Shown here piece after piece: positions 9,241 through 18,468 of a stretch of 34,848 nt of DNA (position 1 is the first letter of the stretch; each line of letters begins with the position of its first letter). Source of the stretch: a bacterium (GTDB taxonomy: Bacteria; SZUA-182; DTGQ01); contig JBFMGO010000058.1 of assembly GCA_040752695.1 (NCBI GenBank), positions 1 through 34,848 of the forward strand, written 5' to 3'. The notes below the pieces were generated by a model. That model made no database searches. It had not been told where the DNA came from and worked only from the letters and a program-made list of their open reading frames with translations. Both the position numbers and the translations under genes were made by a program.

Positions 9241-9444
9241 ATGTCTGAACTAACCCACTTTGAGAACAAAACAAATTTTATAATAGAAATAGGACAATTA
9301 CTTTCAAACTCCGTTGTTATAGCATCAACAATTGGAGGAGCTTTTCTTGGTGATGCTTTTTGGCATATCGGAGGGGGAGTGATAGGCGGCATCATCGGTT
9401 GTTGGACAGGTATCAAATTTGTTAAAAACCCATACCACAAATAG
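9241..9444 (+). CDS. Small glycine-zipper membrane protein, 67 aa
   Basis: RBS GGAAAGGAG upstream. Two hydrophobic segments with GxxxG repeats (IGGAFLG, GGGVIGGIIG). Confidence 0.65.
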   Translation: MSELTHFENKTNFIIEIGQLLSNSVVIASTIGGAFLGDAFWHIGGGVIGGIIGCWTGIKFVKNPYHK

Positions 9445-9517
9445 TGTTCAAAAATTGTAAAGCCGGTCTCTCTTTGTGAAACAAAAGCCAATCACAGTCA
9501 CTCATGATTAAGATGTA

Positions 9518-9895
9518 ATGATTAAGAATTTCAGCCTGTATCTTAGTAAAGTTTGGAAAAATATAATACACAGTCCGATAGGTATTATCGGGCTTCATGT
9601 TGCGACAATTTTTATAAGTATATACTTGTGCATTAGCTGTTGGAAACGGAGATCCCCTACTTTTGACGGGATCTTAACCATAACAATTTCCAGCGGAAGT
9701 TTAACTTATGGTATAAATCTTTTTATATTATCACTTTATGCTAATGACTTAGGCCCTTTCAATGATCATCGTTTTTCCCTCTACATAGGCGGAGCAGGTA
9801 TTATTTGGGTTTCTACAGCCTCTTTGGGGAAAATTTTTTACTCCGTAATATCAGATCCCCCTGCCGGCAAGAATACTTCCAGCCCTGATTCCTGA
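9518..9895 (+). CDS. Hypothetical membrane protein, about 3 TM helices
   Basis: 125-aa ORF with three hydrophobic stretches, co-oriented with the preceding gene. No family recognised. Confidence 0.55.
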   Translation: MIKNFSLYLSKVWKNIIHSPIGIIGLHVATIFISIYLCISCWKRRSPTFDGILTITISSGSLTYGINLFILSLYANDLGPFNDHRFSLYIGGAGIIWVSTASLGKIFYSVISDPPAGKNTSSPDS

Positions 9896-10077
9896 AATAT
9901 TATTTCAGTGCCTACTTTTCATGGGAGCCTGATACAACGAGACATTGTACAAAAGTTCCTTGGGTGTACTTATCACTCATGCCAAGAAAAATGCGTAGAA
10001 AGCGTCTACGTGCTGCACCCGCCAGAGTTGCTCATTCGGCTCCAATGCTTGTTAATGGCCAGCTTACAGTACTTGCT

Positions 10078-10992
10078 CTATTCCTCTTCGAAGTAATCAG
10101 TGTCAATACACTTCAGTTGGTATGTTGCAGAAGTCGTGACCCCAACGTTGAAGTCAATCATAAACTCTGCAAGATGTCGCCCATCAATAATAACGATCTT
10201 TGGGTCTATTTGCGAGGCATAGCTTATTGCTTCAGAGGAAAAAGAGCCGGTTGTGATGAAGACACCTTTGCGGGCATGTTTACCCTGGAGGGCACCGACA
10301 AATCTTTGCAGCTCAGGGCGCCCAACGGTTCCCTCCCATTTCTTGGCTTGCAGGTAAATGACGTCCAATCCAAGTCTATCCTCATTGATAATACCGTCGA
10401 TACCTTCGTCGCCGGACTTGCCAATGGCCTCGCCAGCCTCTTTCCGTGAGCCGCCGTAACCCATCGCAATAAGCAGTTCAACTACCAGACCTTCAAAAAA
10501 TTGAGACGATGCGGCCTTTACGTATGTGAGCAATTCTGTGGCAAGTGCCATACGCAGACTCTGGTAAGCCGCTTCCAACGCTTCTTCAGGCGTTTCGGGC
10601 TCTTGATTTGAGGATACTGGTGATATTGTTTCGGTATGGTTCTTCTTACCTGAAGTGCGGAATCCTACGAATTCAGGAAACCGATAAAGGAACTTGACAT
10701 CTATCCTTTGAGGTTTCTCTTGGAGCACTTCGAGCCCCCGCTGTGTTATCTGTAGAAAACCTCGCCTTGGCGAAGCCAACAAGCCAGCTTGGCAAAGATA
10801 AACTTTACTCCACGCCACCCGATTGGCGAAAATGGGTTGTCGTCCGCTCGGTAGAAGAGCAGATCTCTCATCCTCTGTGAGCCCGAACTTTTCGGCCAGA
10901 ATATGCCTCATGTCTCCAAGAGAGTATACTTTCTCATTATCAGCAGTCTTGAGCATCGGAAGCATGATAGACTGAAAGTCTGGTATTGACAT
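10078..10992 (-). CDS. mrr: Mrr family type IV restriction endonuclease
   Basis: Mrr N-terminal domain (MSIPDFQSIMLPML...FANRVAWSKVYL), FEGLVVELLIAMGYGG, and catalytic DEGIDG...YLQAKKW. RBS AAGGAG. Confidence 0.95.
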   Translation of the reverse strand: MSIPDFQSIMLPMLKTADNEKVYSLGDMRHILAEKFGLTEDERSALLPSGRQPIFANRVAWSKVYLCQAGLLASPRRGFLQITQRGLEVLQEKPQRIDVKFLYRFPEFVGFRTSGKKNHTETISPVSSNQEPETPEEALEAAYQSLRMALATELLTYVKAASSQFFEGLVVELLIAMGYGGSRKEAGEAIGKSGDEGIDGIINEDRLGLDVIYLQAKKWEGTVGRPELQRFVGALQGKHARKGVFITTGSFSSEAISYASQIDPKIVIIDGRHLAEFMIDFNVGVTTSATYQLKCIDTDYFEEE

Positions 10993-11244
10993 ATAATCTC
11001 CTTTGTTAAGCCTTCCTATTATTCCCTATTCACTAATTTTGAGCTTTGCTATGGCGATACTAAAAAATAGGAGTATGATATATACTTGACAGCATTAATG
11101 TCAGAATATCCCCATGCCTGTTATACGATTTAAGATGCGCTATCTATTTGGTTGAAATTGAAATGAATGATTTTGATTGGGGGCCTGAACTGAAAACATA
11201 GATTAATAAAATTTTTATAGTAAATTTAATAAAAAACCAAATTC

Positions 11245-11273
11245 ATTGTACCCAAAGGTATGTTCTATGTCAA
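11245..11273 (-). promoter_or_regulatory. sigma70 promoter upstream of mrr
   Basis: Minus strand TTGACA-17 bp-TACAAT. Confidence 0.6.
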
Positions 11274-11359
11274 ACAAAAAAGACAGCCTCGTCGCAATAT
11301 GTGGAAACTAGAAAGATGTACAAGTCAAGTATAACAGATGAGGAGAAAGAAGAGTATTT

Positions 11360-13027
11360 TCAGGAGATTCCGTTACCGATCAGGTCCAGGTGCTCAATCC
11401 GCTGAACCAGGGGCTTTGGATCGCCGATCACGTGGCCGGCCAGGCTCTTTTGGATATCTTCGAAGGTTACATCCGATACATTGAGCTGTGCCTCCAATTC
11501 GCGGCAGATCGAGGGGATGACGGGTTTTAAGAGGACCGCCAGATCCCGTACCCAGTGTATGCAGGTGGAAACAATCCTGCTGGCCTCGTCTTTTGACTCC
11601 TTGATCACTTTCCAGGGTTCGCGATGCTGGAGGTACTTATTGGCATAATCGCTCATTTCCAGAATGCCGCGCAGGGCTGAGCGAAACTCGCATTTTTGGT
11701 AGGCATCCAGTATGGAGGGTACTTTTTGCTGAACGAAAGAGCGGTACTCTTCCTCATCGGGAGCGGTTATCTCTCCTCTCAGCTTATTTTTCAAGAAATT
11801 CAGGCTCCGGTTGGCCAGGTTGGCCACGTTGCCCAGAAGTTCGCTGTTGATTCGGTCTTTAAAATCGTTGAGATCGAAATCGATATCGGTAATATTCCTG
11901 GAAAGGTTAGCTGCAAAATAAAAGCGCAGATAGTTCGGGTCAGCCTTTTGCCAGTATTCCCTGGCCGTGATGAAGGTGCCCCTGGATTTACTCATCCTCT
12001 CCTTGTTGATTGTCAAAAAGCCGTGGACAATGATCGAATCAGGCAGGCGGAACCCGCTGCCCATCAGTACCGCCGGCCAGAAGAGAAAATGAAAGTAGAT
12101 GATATCCTTACCGATAAAATGGATAATCCTGCCGGTTTCCTTGATCTAGTAACTGTCGAAATCGTCTCCCTTTGTCTGGCAGTAATGCTTGGTGCTGGCC
12201 ATATAGCCGATCGGAGCATCCAGCCAGACATAGTAGTACTTATTCGGGTCATCCAGGATCCGAAAACCGAAATAGGGTGCATCGCGGGTAATGTCCCAAT
12301 CCTTGAGGCCCGAATCGATCCAGTTGAGGATATAATTCTTAATCTCCTCCTGCAACTGCTTATTCCCGGTCAGCCAGGAACGCAGCCGGTCGCTGTAGCT
12401 GCTTAAGCGGAAAAAGTAGTGCTCGGACTCCTTGCGTATGGGTGGTGTCTTGCAAATGGAGCAATAGGGATCGATGAGATCGGTCGTTGCATAAGTGGCG
12501 TTGCAGGCTTCGCAGTTATCGCCGTACTGGTCATGGGCTTTGCACCGGGGGCAGATTCCCTTGACATAGCGGTCTGGCAAGAAGCGTTTGCACTGCGGGC
12601 AGTAACTGAGCTCGACCACCTTTTGATAGATATCGCCCCTGTCCCTGAGCCGTGAGAAAATAAGGTCGCTGAATTCTTTATTTTCCGGGGAATTGGTCGA
12701 GTAGTAGGAATCGAAACTGATCTGGAACTTTTCAAAATCCTCGGTATGTTCCTTATAGGAGCGGGCGATGAGCTCTTCAGGAGTTATTCCGAGCTTGTGG
12801 GCGTTGATTTCGATAGGCGCGCCGTGCGTATCGTCAGCACAGCAAAAGATTACCGATTTGCCTAAGAGCCGCAAAAACCGTACATAGATATCGGTCTGAA
12901 TGTATTCCACCAGGTGCCCCAGATGGATCGACCCGTTGGCATAGGGAAGAGCACTGGTTATAACAATTTTTTGCTCTTTTTCGCTCTTTTGTTCACTCTT
13001 CTGATCCTGGATATTTTCTTTCCTCAT
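11360..13027 (-). pseudogene. metG: Methionyl-tRNA synthetase interrupted by one in-frame TAG at 12146-12148
   Basis: ORFs 12146-13027 and 11360-12064 are in the same frame; the join reads [51 protein letters not shown] (HIGH), four CxxC motifs and RMSKS (KMSKS) are intact. No C-terminal tRNA-binding appendage. Identity is secure; functional status is not. Confidence 0.9.
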
Positions 13028-13035
13028 AGATTAAA

Positions 13036-13064
13036 TTTATACCATATTTCAGCCGATAAGTCAA
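13036..13064 (-). promoter_or_regulatory. sigma70 promoter of metG
   Basis: Minus strand TTGACT-17 bp-TATAAA with an extended TG; only 8 nt separate it from the ATG. Confidence 0.55.
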
Positions 13065-13449
13065 AATGCAATTAATCCATTGCAGGGTAAGACTCCCAGA
13101 ACGAGAACCAATTGCCAAGATCCTATTTGATGAATGATAGCACTGATATTCGGATATTAATGGAGTATCCTCTCTCGAGAGGTTGTGGAGTATCTTCTAA
13201 TTCTTTTGGAGAGAATGTAAGAAAATTATTTTAATTTTAACAGAAATAGCGTATGTTATAATTTAAGCTTATCCTAAAAAAGGGGGGTAGTGAAAGGGGG
13301 AGACGCGGTATTGAGAACAGGCCCCATTTCCCTTTTTTTTCAAAGTAATTCCAAAATTTGAAAATTGCCGATAAAGAAAGATCCCTTTTCTCTTTTGGTA
13401 AAGTATGCTTTGTAAACAATGGCGAGAGCAGTAAGGCGGAATCTTAAAA

Positions 13450-13860
13450 TTGAAAACAGGTCGAGAGATTATGAATCTTCATGAAGTTAATATCAAAGGA
13501 TTCAGTATTACTCACGCTATCCCTGGGAGAGTGCGGCTCAAGATCGCCAGGGTGAAGCAGAATCCGGTCCTGGCAGGAGAAATCCAGAAGCGTTTTTCTG
13601 CCATTCGAGGAATCCACGAGGTGGAAGTAAGTTCTGTCACCGGCAGCGTTTTATTGATCTTTGATCCAAAGGAGGTTGTCTCTCTCAGCTCTATGGGCTC
13701 TCTTTTGGAAGCTTTCACCAGTCTCTTTCCTGAGATCAAGCTTGAGGAAATCAAAGGATGGCTGACTTCACCTGTTTTTGTATCAAGCGCAACTGAGTCT
13801 GCCGCAACTTCAGCCCTTATTGAGGCATTCAAGGAAAGGTTAGAAAAGATAAATACCTAG
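13450..13860 (+). CDS. HMA2-domain protein (FezC-like); true start may be ATG 13471
   Basis: HAIPGRVRLK...V.S.TGSVLL.FDP is the HMA_2 family signature. No CxxC. Confidence 0.8.
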   Translation: MKTGREIMNLHEVNIKGFSITHAIPGRVRLKIARVKQNPVLAGEIQKRFSAIRGIHEVEVSSVTGSVLLIFDPKEVVSLSSMGSLLEAFTSLFPEIKLEEIKGWLTSPVFVSSATESAATSALIEAFKERLEKINT

Positions 13861-13864
13861 AACC

Positions 13865-13893
13865 TTGTCAGCTCTCGTTTGACGGGGTATAAT
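13865..13893 (+). promoter_or_regulatory. sigma70 promoter upstream of the P-type ATPase
   Basis: TTGTCA-17 bp-TATAAT. Confidence 0.7.
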
Positions 13894-14212
13894 AAAAAAA
13901 ATCACATCGGCTGGGCATTGGTCAAGTATATACCCGTCGGGGCAAGATTGACCGGGCACGAGACGAGACATGACGGTTCACCTGCCAGCAGTCCTTACAC
14001 ATAAAAGCACTGAATAGGTTGTAATGTATACGCGGCCAGTTAACGGGGAATGGAGAGTAAAAGCAAAATACTTACATGACATTCCTGTACCTTATCCATT
14101 CATTTTATGGAGTGGGGGAAAACCTTTGAGCTTATGGAATGAGCTCATCGGATGACAAGAACCTTATATCCGGTTTTTGTAATTATGGTGGACAGCAGTC
14201 AAGGGAGAGATT

Positions 14213-16396
14213 ATGCCTTTTAGATGCCGTATTATTCACGCGATCCGAGGTCGTATTCGCCTGTATATAGAATCAATCCGCCTCTTCGATGATGAAGATG
14301 CCGGGGCCTTTAAGGCGTTTCTTCAGGACCAGGAGGGGATTCAGGGAGTCAGGCTCAATCGAAACTGCCGCTGTGTTATCCTGACCTACTGTCCTGACCT
14401 GCTCACGGAGGATGATCTGGTCAGAGCTATCGAGGAGCTTTCACTGGATGCCTTGAAGTACTACCAGGGCAAGTCTGCCGGCGGCGAGTTCCGCTCCTGC
14501 GATGCGAGCGTGGCTGATGTGTCTTCGTGGCTGCCTCTGGCTTTGTCTAGTGCAGCCGTGGTCCTTGGTACGGTATCGGAATCGGCTCTTGTTCCCTGGT
14601 TCCTCATAGGAGCGAGTATTCCGATTTTCTCCCGCGCTTTCAATTCCCTCATAGCGCAAAAAGGCAAACTGAATGTGGATGTTCTCGATGCCTCAGCTAC
14701 GGCTGTCCTCACCTTCAGGGGCCAGTTTACAACGGCCGCAGGCATGGTCTGGCTCGTATCTTTAGGCAATTTCATTCGTGATGCTACCGTGCAGCATTCT
14801 CACCGGGCGATCGAAAAGCTCTTTGACGGATTGGATCAGTTCGCCTGGGTCGTCCGTGATGGAAAGAAGATCCAAATCAAGGTCGAGGCGATCCGGGTCG
14901 GGGATGAGGTCGTGGTCTACCCTGGGGAACTCATTCCGGTAGATGGAACTATCCTGGCCGGTAAGGCCACTGTGGACCAGAAAATCCTTACCGGCGAATC
15001 GCTGCCGGTTGAAAAAGGCACAGGAAGCCTCGTCTATGCAGGAACCGTAGTCAGGGAGGGAAAGCTCTACATCAAGGCCGAGAAGGTGGGAGCTGAGACA
15101 GCCAAGTCCAAAATCGTCCAACTGGTGAATAATGCCCCTATCCGCGAAACCAAGGCCCAGAATTATGCTGAGCAGTTCGCCAACCGCTTTGTCCCCTGGA
15201 GCTTTTTGGCTGCCGGAACATCTTTTGTAATCACCGGAAATACCGGCACAACAGCCTCCCTGCTCATTGTCGATTACGGGACAGGCATCCGGGTCGCTGC
15301 CCCTACGACCGTCCTGAGCTCTATGGCCAAGGCTGCCCATCATGGAATACTGATCAAGGGGGGGCGCTATCTGGAGCTTCTGGCAGAGGTCGATACCATC
15401 GTCTTTGACAAGACAGGAACCCTGACGGTGGGAGAGCCAGAGGTGGTTGAAATCATTCCCCATGGAAGGCATAAGATCACTTCAGAACAAATCCTGGCCC
15501 TGGCAGCCGCAGCCGAAGCCCGCCTGACTCATCCCGTGGCCGAGGCCATAGCCCGTGCGGCGCAGCAACAGGGGATCGCCATCCCTGAGCGGGAGGCTTC
15601 GGAGTATGTCATCGGCCTGGGTGTTGAGGCCTCGGTTGGAGGTTCAACCGTCCTGGTAGGATGTCACCGCTTTATGACGCTGAAGAAAATCAGGATCGGA
15701 AAAACGGCCAACTCGGATATAGCCCGGTTAAATGGCCGGGCTGCCGCTCCTCTGTTCATCGCTCTTGATGGCCGGCTGATCGGGCTTTTAATCTATACCG
15801 ACCCGATCAGGCCGGAGGCACCGAGCGTTGTTCAGGCGCTTCGCCGCTGTGGAGTGGAAACCCTGGTCATGCTGACCGGGGATCATCCCGCGATCGCTCA
15901 GAAAGTGGCGAACAAGCTGGGAATAACCCGGTTCGTGGCTGACGCTTTCCCCGAAGAGAAGGCTGAGGTGGTGAAATCGCTGCAACGGGAGGGACATACG
16001 GTAGCCGTAGTGGGAGACGGAATAAACGACACCCCGGCCCTTGTCCAGGCCGATGTAGGCATTGCAGTCAGAGGAGGTGCTGATGTGGCCATGGAGACCG
16101 CCCATGTATCTTTCCTCGAAGGGAACCTCTGGAAAATTCCCCAGGCAATCGATATCGCCAGAGAGTCAAGCCATCTTATCCGGCAGAACTGGAAGATCAA
16201 CTTCTATCCGAACACAGGAGCAATCGCCCTTGCCCTGGTCGGAGCCATCGGCCCTATCGCCACCACCATTATCAGCAATGGTTCGGCGATCGTTGCCTCG
16301 TTGAATGCTCTTCGGCCCATGATTTACCGATCGACGCAATTCAACGGATCGTCGCCGAAACCGGACGGTTACCCGGAAGACACCGCTGCTTCTTGA
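14213..16396 (+). CDS. Heavy-metal-translocating P1B-type ATPase with N-terminal HMA2-like domain
   Basis: LTGES, DKTGTLT, HP, MLTGD and GDGINDTP motifs. N-terminal HAIRGRIRL. TM metal site reads VDYGTGIRVAAP rather than CPC/CPH/SPC. Confidence 0.93.
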   Translation: MPFRCRIIHAIRGRIRLYIESIRLFDDEDAGAFKAFLQDQEGIQGVRLNRNCRCVILTYCPDLLTEDDLVRAIEELSLDALKYYQGKSAGGEFRSCDASVADVSSWLPLALSSAAVVLGTVSESALVPWFLIGASIPIFSRAFNSLIAQKGKLNVDVLDASATAVLTFRGQFTTAAGMVWLVSLGNFIRDATVQHSHRAIEKLFDGLDQFAWVVRDGKKIQIKVEAIRVGDEVVVYPGELIPVDGTILAGKATVDQKILTGESLPVEKGTGSLVYAGTVVREGKLYIKAEKVGAETAKSKIVQLVNNAPIRETKAQNYAEQFANRFVPWSFLAAGTSFVITGNTGTTASLLIVDYGTGIRVAAPTTVLSSMAKAAHHGILIKGGRYLELLAEVDTIVFDKTGTLTVGEPEVVEIIPHGRHKITSEQILALAAAAEARLTHPVAEAIARAAQQQGIAIPEREASEYVIGLGVEASVGGSTVLVGCHRFMTLKKIRIGKTANSDIARLNGRAAAPLFIALDGRLIGLLIYTDPIRPEAPSVVQALRRCGVETLVMLTGDHPAIAQKVANKLGITRFVADAFPEEKAEVVKSLQREGHTVAVVGDGINDTPALVQADVGIAVRGGADVAMETAHVSFLEGNLWKIPQAIDIARESSHLIRQNWKINFYPNTGAIALALVGAIGPIATTIISNGSAIVASLNALRPMIYRSTQFNGSSPKPDGYPEDTAAS

Positions 16397-16513
16397 TTTT
16401 TTCGGTTTTTTGCATGCAGTAAAGGATAATGCCGACGATTGCCGATCGTACGTATGTCTCATAGTATTAGAAAACAAAGATAACCCCGGGAATGATAAAA
16501 GGGGGATAAAAGA

Positions 16514-16843
16514 ATGAATTGGGGTAGAATAGCGCCATTCATCGTAGGTTTGGGTATGATGATTTTTCTGATTTTTGGAGGTATGCCTATCCATTCTCCC
16601 GTTCTCGGTCTGGTTATTACCGATGTCAAAGGGCCGATTACCGTTGTAACTTCGACCACTCCCGGACCGAAAACCGGTAAAGCCGTGGCCACTACCATCT
16701 TCGGGCTGGTAGCCTATGGGGATACGGGGATAGAAGCGGCAGCCAGGAATGGAGGAATCACCAGGGTCATGACTGTGGATTATGACTCATACAATATCTT
16801 AGGGGTTTATGCACGGTTTACTACCATAGTCACGGGAGAGTAG
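16514..16843 (+). CDS. TRL-like family exported/membrane protein
   Basis: N-terminal hydrophobic helix. GKA.ATTIFGLVAYGD.GIEAAARNGGIT.V.TVDY...NILGVY...TIV.GE matches the TRL-like family pattern. Confidence 0.8.
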   Translation: MNWGRIAPFIVGLGMMIFLIFGGMPIHSPVLGLVITDVKGPITVVTSTTPGPKTGKAVATTIFGLVAYGDTGIEAAARNGGITRVMTVDYDSYNILGVYARFTTIVTGE

Positions 16844-16938
16844 AGTAACGACTGCTGGCGGCTGGATACTGGTACCGGATAGGGGGGATGGGACAGGATA
16901 CGCTGGCAGCCGGTTGCTGACGCTCCGGGGCTGACCCC

Positions 16939-17472
16939 TCACAAGAATATTGATGTTACGTCATGAACTATGGCCTTGATTTCAAGAGGCATCTTTTTTT
17001 GAAGGGAAAAAAGGAGTTGGCGGATTTCTTCCTCATAAAAGGGAGAGGCAAGAAGCTCCACCAGCCCCACAGAACTGTCCAGGGTCCGAAGGACTGCCAT
17101 ATCTGCGTGGCCTTCCACCACGCCGTTTAAAAAACAAATGTCCTCCGGCCTGATTACTGCCTCAATTCTCAGGCAGCCTTCCACGGATAGTTTCTCAAGC
17201 CAGTCTCCGGGGCAAAGAGGGACTGCGGGGCGAAAAATGACTCTCTCCCCCCTGGTTGCCCGATAGATGCGGTTTCCATCCTCGCTCTCCAAAAGGCAGA
17301 TCACCTGCGCCGGGTGATCCGGGGGAAGCAGATGGGGTGTCTTTTCCTTGGCCGGATTGTACCGGACCATTTCCCCAATGGCCAGGTCTTTCCGGATTTC
17401 TATGAAAACCCGTCCATCAGGAAATGTCCGGAGCACTGTCGCTGTGGCGTTTGCACATCTCTCCCCTTGCAT
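16939..17472 (-). CDS. DUF4911-domain protein with N-terminal beta-barrel-like extension
   Basis: C-terminal DICFLNGVVEGHADMAVLRTLD...GLVELLASP resembles DUF4911. Starts 3 bp after the aroB' stop. Confidence 0.6.
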   Translation of the reverse strand: MQGERCANATATVLRTFPDGRVFIEIRKDLAIGEMVRYNPAKEKTPHLLPPDHPAQVICLLESEDGNRIYRATRGERVIFRPAVPLCPGDWLEKLSVEGCLRIEAVIRPEDICFLNGVVEGHADMAVLRTLDSSVGLVELLASPFYEEEIRQLLFSLQKKMPLEIKAIVHDVTSIFL

Positions 17473-17475
17473 CAG

Positions 17476-18468
17476 TTATTTTTCCAGGATGGTTTCTTTA
17501 ATCTTCATCCCAAAATGACGGCCTGCTTCCTCGATATAAACCAAAACCTCGGAACCGGCCTTAAGATCGATGACGGATACGGGTTGACCATCGGGCCTGG
17601 TCAGCCGGATGGTTTCAGCGTTTTGCAGGATGGTGGTCAGGACTTCTCCTTCGAGTTCAGCCTGGATGAAAAGGAGTGGCCGCTTTTCTATTTTTGTTCT
17701 CCCGACAATAGCCTCTTCCGTTTTTCCCTGATGATTGACGACCAGGACCGCGTCTCCCGCCTTGAGCTCGGAGAGGTATTTCGTCTTATTGTCAGCCAGA
17801 TAGATATAGGCATGCACCGCTCCCGCATTGACGCGAAAGGGCCTGGGCTCGACGTAGGGATTGACAACGGTTTCCGAGTGGACTAAGAAGAGCGCCCTGC
17901 TGCTGTTTCCCACCAGCATCCCCTGCCCCTGGGTCATCATGGTGCAGGTGTCGATGCAAACCCGGTCACCCATACCTGAGGGTGCAACGTTCAGAATCCT
18001 GGCAGTTTTCAGCGACATGCTCTGCCGGGTCTTTTTGGCAGTTGCTATGGCTTTTTTAACCTCTGCCGGGTCTTTGGAATTGATCAAAACTCCGTCCACT
18101 CCCTTTTCCAGAATCCCTAAAGCGGTCTCCGTCTCCTTGCTGTCAGATACTTCGGCAATCAGCTTTTCGGTTTGAGCGATCAGGTTTTCCAGTGGGATTA
18201 CCGTCCAGTCGCTGGTCCTTACAATCACCATCTTATCACGGGCCAGCTTGACGATTTCCTCTTCGTCCTTTTTCCCCTTGATTTCCCACTCCACAACCTC
18301 CTGGCCCAGCTTGATGTCGCCGTTGGCACTGATGGTCTGAATCAACCCCAGTTGCCTTACTTTTTCCGTATCCGCAGGATCCACCATAACGGCGTCCGCT
18401 CCGCTTTCAAGCGCTGTTGTCACCACCGATTTGTTCCAGGGAATAGCCCGGACCCAGACCTTTTTCAT
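17476..18468 (-). CDS. aroB': 3-dehydroquinate synthase II (archaeal type)
   Basis: [58 protein letters not shown]. Confidence 0.95.
   Translation of the reverse strand: MKKVWVRAIPWNKSVVTTALESGADAVMVDPADTEKVRQLGLIQTISANGDIKLGQEVVEWEIKGKKDEEEIVKLARDKMVIVRTSDWTVIPLENLIAQTEKLIAEVSDSKETETALGILEKGVDGVLINSKDPAEVKKAIATAKKTRQSMSLKTARILNVAPSGMGDRVCIDTCTMMTQGQGMLVGNSSRALFLVHSETVVNPYVEPRPFRVNAGAVHAYIYLADNKTKYLSELKAGDAVLVVNHQGKTEEAIVGRTKIEKRPLLFIQAELEGEVLTTILQNAETIRLTRPDGQPVSVIDLKAGSEVLVYIEEAGRHFGMKIKETILEK

Noticed and set aside
9114..9491. 125-aa minus-strand ORF
   Set aside because: Antisense shadow of the 9241-9444 gene, which has the RBS and promoter; it also runs across the sigma54 promoter.
9910..10057. 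attC-like element downstream of mrr (minus strand TAACAAGCATTGGAGCCGA ... GGCTCCCATGAAAAGTAGGC)
   Set aside because: Neither end fits RYYYAAC/GTTRRRY, only a 6-bp core pairs perfectly, and there is no integrase or second attC. At most a degenerate relic; IntegronFinder would decide.
11360..12064. Separate 234-aa gene, or a frameshifted/split metG
   Set aside because: It is in the same frame as the upstream ORF, and the 27 intervening codons encode the conserved HFIGKDI motif. It is one gene with an internal stop, not a frameshift.
12146..12148. Genome-wide TAG recoding or pyrrolysine usage
   Set aside because: Several genes in the window end in TAG at their expected C-termini, no pyl genes are visible, and the site is a conserved Trp one transition from TGG.
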